From Candidatus Nanosyncoccus sp. (GTDB lineage: Bacteria; Patescibacteriota; Saccharimonadia; Saccharimonadales; Saccharimonadaceae), in assembly GCA_045546095.1 (NCBI GenBank), contig JAZQCE010000010.1, positions 5,712-69,711 of the forward strand: a stretch of 64,000 bases of DNA, given 5' to 3'. This document shows positions 8,263 through 16,738 of this stretch, in pieces. The notes under the pieces are model-generated. The model had not been told where the DNA came from and searched no databases. It worked only from the letters and a program-made list of their open reading frames with translations. Made by a program: the position numbers and the translations under genes. Position 1 is the first letter of the stretch, and each line of letters opens with the position of its first letter.

Positions 8263-8291
8263 ATTATACCAAAACTACTTCTTAAAATCAA
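8263..8291 (-). promoter_or_regulatory. sigma70 promoter TTGATT-N17-TATAAT overlapping the stop of the deleted nuclease
   Basis: -35 at 8291-8286, -10 at 8268-8263; same register relative to the stop codon as 6940-6968. Confidence 0.7.
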
Positions 8292-8403
8292 CTATTTTCT
8301 TAGTTTTTGTCACAATCTTTAACCTTTCGGTAAATAACAGAATCGTCTTATATTCGTGTTTCTCTAAAATAACACCATTTGGGATAATTTTACCTTTTTT
8401 CAT
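8275..8403 (-). pseudogene. Internally deleted paralog of the CdiA_C-like nuclease (42 aa)
   Basis: MKKGKIIPNGVILEKHEYKTILLFTE|RLKIVTKTKKIVDFKK*: the N- and C-terminal parts align by eye with the two ends of the 6567-6956 protein; the catalytic PD..ELK core is absent. Confidence 0.6.
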
Positions 8404-8590
8404 GCGAGGCATTATAACTAATCCACTCTACTTTTTCAACCCCCCTACCCACAATATGATCTAATGCAAACATCGAAACTTTTGCGGGACACAGTATGTA
8501 GCGAGCGCGAGGACCGAATATTTACATTTTTATTTTTTAATGTATAATAAGTATGAAAAGTATAACCAGTTATACTTTAAGGAAGCGTGC

Positions 8591-8791
8591 ATGAAAAATA
8601 AATTTGTAGGTATAGCCAAAGTTGGTGAAAAAGGACAAATTGTTATTCCAAAAGAAGCAAGAGAAATGTTTGATATTAAATCTGGTGATTCTATCATCGT
8701 TCTTTGTGATAAACAAAAAGGAATTGCTTTATTGAAAGCAGATGCAATTGAAGATTTATCGGATAAAGTATTTCCTAAGGAAGAAAGATAA
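8591..8791 (+). CDS. AbrB/MazE/SpoVT-family DNA-binding protein
   Basis: AKVGEKGQIVIPKEAREMFDIKSGD signature; start moved to ATG 8591. Confidence 0.9.
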   Translation: MKNKFVGIAKVGEKGQIVIPKEAREMFDIKSGDSIIVLCDKQKGIALLKADAIEDLSDKVFPKEER

Positions 8792-9513
8792 TGATAGCAA
8801 TAGAAACAAAAAATTTAACCAAAAAGTTTAAAGACAAAACAGCAGTAAATGGGGTCGATTTGAGCATCAAACAAGGAGAGCTATTTGCACTATTAGGAAC
8901 AAATGGCGCCGGTAAAACTACAATAATAAAAATTTTATCAGGATTGATATTACCAACATCTGGGAATATTAAAATTGAAAACATGGATATGAAAAAAGAT
9001 GTATTTAAGATAAAAGAAATCTTAAATGTATCACCACAAGAAACTGCTATTGCACCAAATTTAACAGTAAAAGAAAATTTAGAATTTATGGCAGGAGTTT
9101 ATCAAATAAAAGATAAAGAAAGAAAGATTAATGAACTTGTTAAGGAGTTTAAGCTTGATGAAGTTTTAAATAAAAGAGCTAAAACTTTGTCAGGCGGATG
9201 GCAAAGAAAAGTATCAATAGCAATTAGTTTAATAAATGATCCTAAAATACTATTTTTAGATGAACCAACATTAGGATTAGATGTTATTGCTAGAAAAAGG
9301 TTATGGAAAGTGATTGAAGGATTAAAAGGTAAAATTACTATTATTTTAACTACTCATTACATGGAAGAAGCAGAAAGCTTATCTGATAGAATTGGTATCA
9401 TGGCAAAGGGCAACATCGTTGAAGTTGGAACCGCTAAAGAATTAATTAAGAAGACTAAAGCAAAAAACTTTGAAGATGCATTTGTAGCAATCGCAACTGA
9501 AGGTGAGCTATAG
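8791..9513 (+). CDS. ABC transporter ATP-binding protein (ABC-2 type)
   Basis: Walker A GTNGAGKTT, LSGG signature, Walker B ILFLDEPT, TTHYMEE. Confidence 0.95.
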   Translation: MIAIETKNLTKKFKDKTAVNGVDLSIKQGELFALLGTNGAGKTTIIKILSGLILPTSGNIKIENMDMKKDVFKIKEILNVSPQETAIAPNLTVKENLEFMAGVYQIKDKERKINELVKEFKLDEVLNKRAKTLSGGWQRKVSIAISLINDPKILFLDEPTLGLDVIARKRLWKVIEGLKGKITIILTTHYMEEAESLSDRIGIMAKGNIVEVGTAKELIKKTKAKNFEDAFVAIATEGEL

Positions 9514-10244
9514 TGAGAATGTTAAATTTCGCCAAGAGAAACTTTAAAGAATTAATAAGAGATCCTTTAAGTTTAATATTTGAAATCGCTTTGCCATTAT
9601 TTTTATTATTTATATTTCAACAATTTGATATACCAGCAGAAAACTACAAATTAGAAAATTTTACTCCAGGAATTATAGTATTTGGTTTTTCATTTATAAC
9701 TTTATTTACTGCTACTTTAATTGCAAAAGACAGAACATCATCATTTTTAATTAGATTAGGTACATCGCCAATGAAGTCGAGCGATTATATTTTAGGATAC
9801 ATAATATCACTAATTCCAATCATAATAATCCAAAATGTATTATTCTTTTCACTAGCAGTTATTTTGGGACTAAACTTTACTATAAACATATTTTTTACAA
9901 TTATCGTATCTATAATAGTTTCAATATTATTTATTTCATTAGGTATATTAATTGGAAGTTTAGTCAGTGAAAAAGGAACTGGTGGGTTAGGAAGTGTAAT
10001 AGTTCAATTAGTATGTTTTACAAGCGGTATGTATTTTCCAAATGATAAAATTGGAGATGTATTTGGTTTTATATGCAGAATCTTACCATTTGAAAGTTGT
10101 TTAAATATAATAAAAAGTGTATTAAACAATAATCTAAATGCAATATCACTGGAAAATATAATAGTATTTTTAATATATACGATTGGAATTTTGATTTTAT
10201 CAATTATTGTATTCAAAAAGAGAATGATAAGTGACAATAAGTGA
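9513..10244 (+). CDS. ABC-2 type transporter permease
   Basis: Six hydrophobic segments, FTSGMYFP motif, translationally coupled to the ATPase. Confidence 0.9.
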   Translation: MRMLNFAKRNFKELIRDPLSLIFEIALPLFLLFIFQQFDIPAENYKLENFTPGIIVFGFSFITLFTATLIAKDRTSSFLIRLGTSPMKSSDYILGYIISLIPIIIIQNVLFFSLAVILGLNFTINIFFTIIVSIIVSILFISLGILIGSLVSEKGTGGLGSVIVQLVCFTSGMYFPNDKIGDVFGFICRILPFESCLNIIKSVLNNNLNAISLENIIVFLIYTIGILILSIIVFKKRMISDNK

Positions 10245-10387
10245 TTGGAAAGTTTTTCAAAGTATTCTCGAATAATCAAACCAACTCCATCATAACAAAC
10301 TGAACAAATACCCCACCCGCAGTTTGCCTTGCACAAACTTTATCATATCTAATGTTATACACCAAAATATGCTATAATTATACCAGC

Positions 10388-10431
10388 AATAACAGATATA
10401 CAGGTTGGTTATGAATTTAAAGATCGGAATC
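10388..10431 (+). repeat. Cassette boundary repeat R3 (the functional ychF start)
   Basis: AATAACAGATATACAGGTTGGTTATGAATTTAAAGATCGGAATC; diverges from R1/R2 right after GAATC. Confidence 0.9.
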
Positions 10432-11526
10432 GTTGGGTTGCCCAATGTCGGCAAATCCACATTGTTTAATGCTCTCACAAACGCTGGCGCCCTCGCTGCC
10501 AACTATCCTTTTGCTACCATCGAGCCAAACGTCGGCATTGTCCCGGTACCAGATGAGCGGCTAGACATCCTCGCCAAAATGTACGAGACCGACAAAATCG
10601 TCCCAGCTACTGTCGAGTTCGTCGACATTGCTGGCCTCGTCGCAGGCGCCTCAAAAGGCGAGGGGCTCGGCAATAAATTCCTTGCCCACATCCGTGAATG
10701 CCAAGCTATCTGCCATGTGGTCCGCGCCTTCAAAAACGACGACATCCTCCGTGCCGACCAAAAACTCGTCGATGATATTGTAGCGCAAGCCAAGGACGAC
10801 ATAGACATCATTAACTTAGAGCTACAGCTCGCCGACGAAGAAACCAAAGCCAAAATCGCCGCCAAACGCAAAAAAGACCCTGGGGACGAATTCATCCCCT
10901 ACCTCACCGACAAGCCCGTCATCTATATGTTCAATGTAGACGAAAAAGGCCTCACCGACAATGACCTACAACAAAAACTAACAGAAGTCGCAAGAAATGC
11001 GCAGTCGAGGGACATAAAGGCAATACTTGCCGAAGGCAATTTTGCCGCCGAAGGGGCGAAGCGAGGTGATAAAATTTCTAATTTATCACCTCGCGAAGCT
11101 CCCGAGACGTGCATTTCTTGCGACTCAAACTGTATTTTTGTTGATGCCAAACTCGAAGAGGAGATGTCCGGCATGGACCGCAATGAGCGCAAAGAGTTCT
11201 TGGAGAGTTACGGGGTAAAAGAAGATGCACTCGGCGAATTAATCAAGGCCGCCTATGACGTCCTCGGTCTCCAATCCTTCCTCACCGCCGGCAAGAAAGA
11301 ATGCCGCGCCTGGACCATCAAAAAAGGCTCTACAGCACCCCAAGCCGCCGGTACTATCCATACCGATTTTGAACGCGGTTTCATCGCTGCAAATGTCTGT
11401 AAATACGCCGACTTAGCAAGACTCGGCTCCGAGAAAGCCGTCCGCGAGGCCGGCCTCCTCCGCACCGAGGGCAAGACTTACGTCATGCAAGACGGCGACG
11501 TTGTCGAATTCCGTTTCAACGTATAA
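10411..11526 (+). CDS. ychF: Redox-regulated ATPase YchF (with in-frame hairpin insertion)
   Basis: GIVGLPNVGKST, NYPFATIEPN, FVDIAGLV, TGS domain IHTDFERGFI, YVMQDGD. Confidence 0.97.
   Translation: MNLKIGIVGLPNVGKSTLFNALTNAGALAANYPFATIEPNVGIVPVPDERLDILAKMYETDKIVPATVEFVDIAGLVAGASKGEGLGNKFLAHIRECQAICHVVRAFKNDDILRADQKLVDDIVAQAKDDIDIINLELQLADEETKAKIAAKRKKDPGDEFIPYLTDKPVIYMFNVDEKGLTDNDLQQKLTEVARNAQSRDIKAILAEGNFAAEGAKRGDKISNLSPREAPETCISCDSNCIFVDAKLEEEMSGMDRNERKEFLESYGVKEDALGELIKAAYDVLGLQSFLTAGKKECRAWTIKKGSTAPQAAGTIHTDFERGFIAANVCKYADLARLGSEKAVREAGLLRTEGKTYVMQDGDVVEFRFNV
10986..11125. repeat. Hairpin element family C, copy in ychF
   Basis: Arms AGTCGCAAGAAATGC / GCATTTCTTGCGACT; core TCGAGGGACATAAAGGCAA...GCCGAAGGGGCGAAGC shared with 36082 and 40266. 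Confidence 0.85.
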
Positions 11527-11558
11527 TATCTTAGCGTCCAACAGGCAAAACAAGTTGC

Positions 11559-12164
11559 CTATTCCGAATCACTCTTTTCTACCGTTACGTATTTTTCGTT
11601 CACCCAGACCACTCCATCCTGATCCGTCTCAAATCCATCCGCATCCTTTATATAAGCCCCCTCTATTAAATCTTCTGCAAATTCTTCCGCATTAAAACCA
11701 TACCAATCTCCGTTTACCCCATTACTATCATACCGATAAACGGCGCCGTCGTACGCAATATTAATTATACTTTCATCACCACCAGTATCGACAATCACAT
11801 TAGGCGCATCATTTTTACTAGTCACGCGTGGGTCTGTTCGAACATTTGGTCCTCCATGCAAAGTCACAGATTCGACGTTCTCAATCGTCTCAATTCTATC
11901 CTGCGTTCTTTCATTTTCCATAACTTCAGACGTAGAGCAATTAGTTGCGAGTACCGCCCCCGTTATCGCTATCGCCGCAAACGCCGCCATAGCCAGAGTC
12001 TTGGCTTTCTTCGTCATGACTAAGTCAGCTTTTTCTGATTTCTTTACTGCCTCATACCGCCTAGTTCTCCGCTTCTCTATTTCATCAAAATCATCGTCCA
12101 TGTGTTCCCAACCAGTCGCCCGTCCACCATCAAAACCACCGTTCCCTTTCTCAAAATTATTCAT
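11559..12164 (-). CDS. Hypothetical membrane-anchored protein
   Basis: 201-aa ORF with a central TM (LAMAAFAAIAITGAVLA). Confidence 0.7.
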   Translation of the reverse strand: MNNFEKGNGGFDGGRATGWEHMDDDFDEIEKRRTRRYEAVKKSEKADLVMTKKAKTLAMAAFAAIAITGAVLATNCSTSEVMENERTQDRIETIENVESVTLHGGPNVRTDPRVTSKNDAPNVIVDTGGDESIINIAYDGAVYRYDSNGVNGDWYGFNAEEFAEDLIEGAYIKDADGFETDQDGVVWVNEKYVTVEKSDSE

Positions 12165-12369
12165 TTTCCTCCTTCAAAACCATTTCGCGTGCTATTTTTT
12201 CTGCATCTATGTTATATTTTTCCAATAATTCCGTTAATCCTTCATCGCTCGGATCTGCTAACCACCTCTGAAAATCGTCCTCCGCCTCTTCTGGCAAAGC
12301 CCCTAATAATTCCTTAGTTATTTTTTTTGTTATCTCTTCAGGTGCCTCCATTTTCCTCCTTTCTTTCAT
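12157..12369 (-). CDS. Small acidic hypothetical protein
   Basis: Coupled to the next gene; the likely start is the downstream MEAPEE after an AGGAGG. Confidence 0.6.
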   Translation of the reverse strand: MKERRKMEAPEEITKKITKELLGALPEEAEDDFQRWLADPSDEGLTELLEKYNIDAEKIAREMVLKEENE

Positions 12370-12396
12370 TATATCATGTTCTTAAAAATACTAGGA

Positions 12397-13383
12397 CTAG
12401 ACTACCGCAAACCAATCCTTCACCGCAAAATCCTCTCCCATTACCTCTGCCACCGCAAGCAAGGGATTCAACTCTCTATATTCTGGTCGCATTTTGAGAA
12501 AACACTCCGCCGCGAATTTCATTTGCCGCAGTTTCTCCCGCGTAATTGCGGCCAACCCCCCTCCAGCAAAATCCGACCGCCGGTACTTCACCTCGGTAAA
12601 ATAAATTTTCTCCTCTCGCACGCTCACAATGTCAATTTCACATAGTTTCGTTTTAAAATTTCTTGCTACGATTCTATGCCCTGCTGCTTCTAGATACCGG
12701 CATACCGCCGCCTCTCCCCTTACACCAATCTGCGTAGTATTTTTATGCACACCTGCATCTCTAGACCACACCCAGTCTAAATCCTCGCCATCTCTTTCTG
12801 CAATTTCATGCACGATTTTGAGAAACCTCCGGTGCTCCGGGCAAACCCCATGTTCTACCAGCATCCTCCGGTGCAGCTCCGTCCCATACCCCATATGTCG
12901 TTCAAACCCATACACAGGATATTTTTCGGACAATTCCACCATATAGTTATCTCGCGCGGTCTTTGCCACTATCGACGCCGCCGAAATTTCCTTGATCAGG
13001 TTATCCCCCTTGATAAGGGTAGTCGTATACTCGCCAAGCCTAGTATCCGCCAAAAAATTAATATTCCCATCGATTATAATCTCAGAGAAGTGCGCGTGCT
13101 GGTCTTTTACCTGCGCCACAGCCCGCCGGGTCGCTAGCCTAAGCCCCGCGATTATCCCCATGGTATCCAGCTCCTCTGCCGCCACCCAGCCGAGCCCTAC
13201 TATAGATACATCACAAATCGCATCCGCCATCGCACTACGCTTCTTTGCCGAAAGCTTTTTTGAGTCTTTCAGCTCATCATACCATTCTAGCTCTCTAGCG
13301 TTCTCTGGCAACACTACCGCGCCCACGACAAGCGGCCCCGCCAGGGGGCCGCGTCCTACTTCATCGATTCCTAGTATCGCCAT
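12397..13383 (-). CDS. rnhB: Ribonuclease HII fused to a YraN-family nuclease
   Basis: GIDEVGRGPLAGP, LKDSKKL, IIDGN, ISAASIVAK; C-terminal GEAAVCRYL..RNF..EIDIV..FTEVKYR is YraN-like. Confidence 0.9.
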   Translation of the reverse strand: MAILGIDEVGRGPLAGPLVVGAVVLPENARELEWYDELKDSKKLSAKKRSAMADAICDVSIVGLGWVAAEELDTMGIIAGLRLATRRAVAQVKDQHAHFSEIIIDGNINFLADTRLGEYTTTLIKGDNLIKEISAASIVAKTARDNYMVELSEKYPVYGFERHMGYGTELHRRMLVEHGVCPEHRRFLKIVHEIAERDGEDLDWVWSRDAGVHKNTTQIGVRGEAAVCRYLEAAGHRIVARNFKTKLCEIDIVSVREEKIYFTEVKYRRSDFAGGGLAAITREKLRQMKFAAECFLKMRPEYRELNPLLAVAEVMGEDFAVKDWFAVV

Positions 13384-13883
13384 TAGGCTTTCTCTGCAGG
13401 CTCAGCCTCTGCCGGCTTTGCCTCTTCAGGTGTCACTTCCTCGGTCTTATCTTCCTTCGTCTCTTCAGCTACTGGGGCTTCCGCTGGAGCCTCTTCTTCT
13501 GCTACCGTCACATCATTTACTGCTGCGCGGTCAAAATCTTTGCTAGCAAGACGCGCCGATTTACCAGAGCGCTGGCGGAGATACGATAGATTATTGCGAC
13601 GAACCTTCGCACGCTTGGTAATCTCAATCTTTTCTACCAACGGAGAATGTACCAGATACGACTTCTCCACACCTACGCCAGAAGTCACCTTGCGCACCAC
13701 AATCCGCTCGGTGTGTGAATTCTTGCGATCTACCCGAATCACTACCCCCTCAAACGTCTGCAAGCGAAACTTACTACCTTCTTTAATCTTCTGGGTGACT
13801 TTCACGGTATCACCCGAGCGCACATCCACTACGGCTTTCTTCTTCTGCGCATCACCAATCTGTTTTAGAATCGAAAAACTCAT
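13383..13883 (-). CDS. rplS: 50S ribosomal protein L19 with acidic C-terminal tail
   Basis: GDTVKV..KIKEG..RLQTFEGVVI, GVGVEK, KVRRNNLSYLR. Confidence 0.97.
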   Translation of the reverse strand: MSFSILKQIGDAQKKKAVVDVRSGDTVKVTQKIKEGSKFRLQTFEGVVIRVDRKNSHTERIVVRKVTSGVGVEKSYLVHSPLVEKIEITKRAKVRRNNLSYLRQRSGKSARLASKDFDRAAVNDVTVAEEEAPAEAPVAEETKEDKTEEVTPEEAKPAEAEPAEKA

Positions 13884-13932
13884 ATTTTTACCTTTTATTT
13901 AATCAATTACACTATATTTTATCATAGTTACT

Positions 13933-14511
13933 CTAGTTTTTCAAGGCTAATCTGATTCTTTCTTCCACTGGGAGCGAAGTATCCACCTTCTCCAATGCTA
14001 GTGTCGCCTCCTTCAACGGGAAACCTAGTGCGATTAAAGCATCTAGAGCTTCGTCTGGCTCGTCATTCTTATGCGCATACTTTGCCTCAGTCGCTCCATA
14101 ATGCGACGGTATGCCCACCTTATCGCTAAGATCCACTATTACCCGCTCTGCCGACTTTTTGCCTACACCCGCCGCCTTAGAGATAAACGCCGCATCAGCA
14201 TTCGCAATCGCATTTCTCACCTCCTCCGCCTCCGCCAATGACAAAATCGCAATCGCCGCCTTTGGCCCTATACCCTGCACACTAATCAGCAGTTCAAAAA
14301 TCTTCTTCGCCGCAAGACTAGAAAATCCATATAGCTCCTCCGAATTCTCTTTCACTGCATGATAAGTAAAAAACTTCCTGTCTTCATTTAGCGCCACCGT
14401 CTCAAAATCCGGCACCGGCACCAGCATCTCATACCCCACCCCACCGACATCGATAATAATACCGTTGTTACCAAATTTTTCCTCAATCTTGCCTCTGAGA
14501 TGCGCTATCAT
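13933..14511 (-). CDS. ruvA: Holliday junction branch migration protein RuvA
   Basis: MIAHLRG, DVGGVGYE, LYGF, LISVQGIGPK, GVGKKSAER; start moved to ATG 14511. Confidence 0.95.
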   Translation of the reverse strand: MIAHLRGKIEEKFGNNGIIIDVGGVGYEMLVPVPDFETVALNEDRKFFTYHAVKENSEELYGFSSLAAKKIFELLISVQGIGPKAAIAILSLAEAEEVRNAIANADAAFISKAAGVGKKSAERVIVDLSDKVGIPSHYGATEAKYAHKNDEPDEALDALIALGFPLKEATLALEKVDTSLPVEERIRLALKN

Positions 14512-14666
14512 ATCTCCTATTTTAACACAAAACCCGTCCCACCTTCTCAAAAAAGCCCCGGGCAACCACAATCTCGTCCTCCGCAGCCTGTAGTGGCCCC
14601 TCAGGAAATTACGGCACTACCTAACCCAGGCTTCCAAGAGCCCTAAAGTTCGCGTTCTAGACCACC

Positions 14667-16634
14667 CTAGGCGCCAGGCGCCACTACACAGCGGACTATC
14701 CACCCGCAATACTTGCCGCTGTAGTCGTTGGTACCAGGGTTAACGTAAGAGCTGCTGAAGTTCAGGCTATAGGCGTAGCTACGACTGTACGCCGTAGACG
14801 ACCAAAAGAACCCGTACGAGCCCCTATTGTAAAGCGAAGCACCGTTAACGTTGCCGGAGTACACAAAGTTATTAGGGAACTGACGCCAGTAGGTACTCAT
14901 GGTAGCGCTAGTGACGCTGTTAGTACTAGAGCTTGCACCGGTACCACCCATCATAGTGTCTAAGTAGGAGAAGCCACCACTTGTCTTACCGCCTTTAGTT
15001 CCGGTGCCATTACCACCATATGGTAAGTGCCAATTAGCTGGGCAGAGGTCGCCTGCAGCCACTACATTTGAGCCTGTGCTATATGTTCCTCTACCGGCCG
15101 TAGCAGAGTACCAGTTGTAGTAGTTTCCGTAGGAGTAGAGGTTGGCGTCAGTGGACATGTTTTGTGTGGTAGAGTAGAAAACACGGTTGGCGGTATTGTC
15201 GGTGCGAAGGCGGGATTGGTCGTCACAAGCGGCGGAGTTATCAGTACACCAGCCGTTAGGAGCAGTGTCAGCATTATAGGCTACGTTTGATGTGGCAGAG
15301 AGGGTATTATGGGTCTCAGCATCTGCATAGTTATGTTTGAGAGTGACAGTGGGGTTAGTAGCATCATTGTCGTTTAGCGGGTTATTGGTATTGGTGGTGG
15401 TGAGAGTAGTGGGGACAGTGTTTGCGTCTTCCTGATGGTTATCTGCTAGCCTGAGGTTCTCTATCATCCAGCAGTTACCATCACTGAGTTTTGCGATAGC
15501 ATAAGTATCACCATCACGGTCGTCTGTGAGGGCAGTGATACTAGAGAGATTAGCAGTAAGGGCACCGGTTTCAATGTTATAGTTTGCAGCTGTAAGTTTG
15601 TTACAGGCAGTTGTGGCGTCTGATTGCATAGAGCCTGTGCTCTTTACCCATACAGCATAGAGAGAGAGGCCGTTAGCGGTGGTACCCGTAGGTACCGTTA
15701 TGTCTTCATTAGGTCCATAGAAGTGGGCGTTCTGGTTAGTGGCATAGTCGTAGGCGTCAGACCAGCCGGCGAAACCATAACCGTCTCTAGAGAAGTTGGA
15801 GGCATAAAGGGCGACACTAGCTCCATCGCTGCTTACTGATTGACAGCCCATGGTGCCTACAGCCGTACTCGCATTGGCAAAGTAATTAATACAGCCCTGG
15901 GTAGGGGTTTGGGGCGAGAGTGGTTCTTCGCTCGCTGGGTGGACTAGGGTGTATTTGACTTTACCTTCATATGTACCAGCAGGCTGAGTCCGGCTCACAT
16001 AGGCAGCATAGGTGGTAGTGACTCTAGACCCTGTAGAGGCTGGACCTACATCAGTACCAGAGTTTTTGTAAGCTACTCTAGTGTATTTGCTAGGGATATT
16101 GGTGTAATTAGAGAAATCTGGATCACCTGTCTCTTTTTCTGTATCTTCCGTAGAGCCTGCTACTATAGGTGTGTATGTGCCAGATACTGCGCCTATCTTC
16201 ATTGCCCAGTTGGAGGTGTCACCTGATGTGGCTGTACCAGTTACTATATTGGTACTGGCATCTAGGTTACTGTCTTTGAGATAAGTATTACCAATTACTT
16301 CCTCACTATACCCTACTGCGTAGATAGAGAATCCTTCTGCATCATTACAGAAAGCTTTGAGGGTAGTCTGTCCTATACCGTCTGGATAGTAATCACTCCC
16401 ACCAGAATATACACCATTAGGAATAGTAGCTGTATGGGCAGTATCTAGCGTAGACTCTAGCGAGCAAGTAGCTGCTACAGTGATAGATGTGGTGGTGACG
16501 GCGGTATCTGTATCTGCGTTAGCCCTAGTACTAGTGAGTATTGCGCCTGATGCTAATACGCTACATATCAGTGCTAAGACTATCGCACTCCACGCACGCT
16601 CAGCCGTTTTCTCTTCTTGGTTGTGCACGCCCAT
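14667..16634 (-). CDS. Secreted FISUMP (Fib_succ_major) domain protein with DGR-like C-terminal region (paralog 1)
   Basis: Signal-like N-terminus, Listeria/Bacteroides-repeat-like GYGFAGW..LYAVW, D.RD...Y.IAKLSDGNCWMIENL, YGNYYNWYSATAG, CPANWHLP, FWSST..VRC. Confidence 0.85.
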   Translation of the reverse strand: MGVHNQEEKTAERAWSAIVLALICSVLASGAILTSTRANADTDTAVTTTSITVAATCSLESTLDTAHTATIPNGVYSGGSDYYPDGIGQTTLKAFCNDAEGFSIYAVGYSEEVIGNTYLKDSNLDASTNIVTGTATSGDTSNWAMKIGAVSGTYTPIVAGSTEDTEKETGDPDFSNYTNIPSKYTRVAYKNSGTDVGPASTGSRVTTTYAAYVSRTQPAGTYEGKVKYTLVHPASEEPLSPQTPTQGCINYFANASTAVGTMGCQSVSSDGASVALYASNFSRDGYGFAGWSDAYDYATNQNAHFYGPNEDITVPTGTTANGLSLYAVWVKSTGSMQSDATTACNKLTAANYNIETGALTANLSSITALTDDRDGDTYAIAKLSDGNCWMIENLRLADNHQEDANTVPTTLTTTNTNNPLNDNDATNPTVTLKHNYADAETHNTLSATSNVAYNADTAPNGWCTDNSAACDDQSRLRTDNTANRVFYSTTQNMSTDANLYSYGNYYNWYSATAGRGTYSTGSNVVAAGDLCPANWHLPYGGNGTGTKGGKTSGGFSYLDTMMGGTGASSSTNSVTSATMSTYWRQFPNNFVYSGNVNGASLYNRGSYGFFWSSTAYSRSYAYSLNFSSSYVNPGTNDYSGKYCGWIVRCVVAPGA

Positions 16635-16738
16635 TTATATTATTTCCTTTATTTATCTATGAATATTATATAATACTTATTCTTTTCTAGTTATATCATA
16701 GCATACTTTTGGCAAAATCCATAACCGTTTTACCCACT

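Larger units (their letters stand above)
8122..10431. mobile_element. Integrase-less cassette 2 (deleted nuclease + sRNA + AbrB regulator + ABC-2 transporter)
   Basis: Bounded by R2 and the live ychF start; very AT-rich compared with ychF; no recombinase inside. Confidence 0.7.

Noticed and set aside
8461-8520. GC-rich patch CGGGACAC...GAGGACCG resembling family A termini inside cassette 2
   Set aside because: Only two short matches, no closing stem; cannot be distinguished from chance.
10245-10340. Possible fragment of a donor membrane-protein gene on the minus strand (GWGICSVCYDGVGLIIREYFEKL)
   Set aside because: Too short to assign to any family by eye.
6418-10431. CRISPR array from the three repeats
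   Set aside because: Spacing is 1.7-2.3 kb with genes in between; no cas genes.
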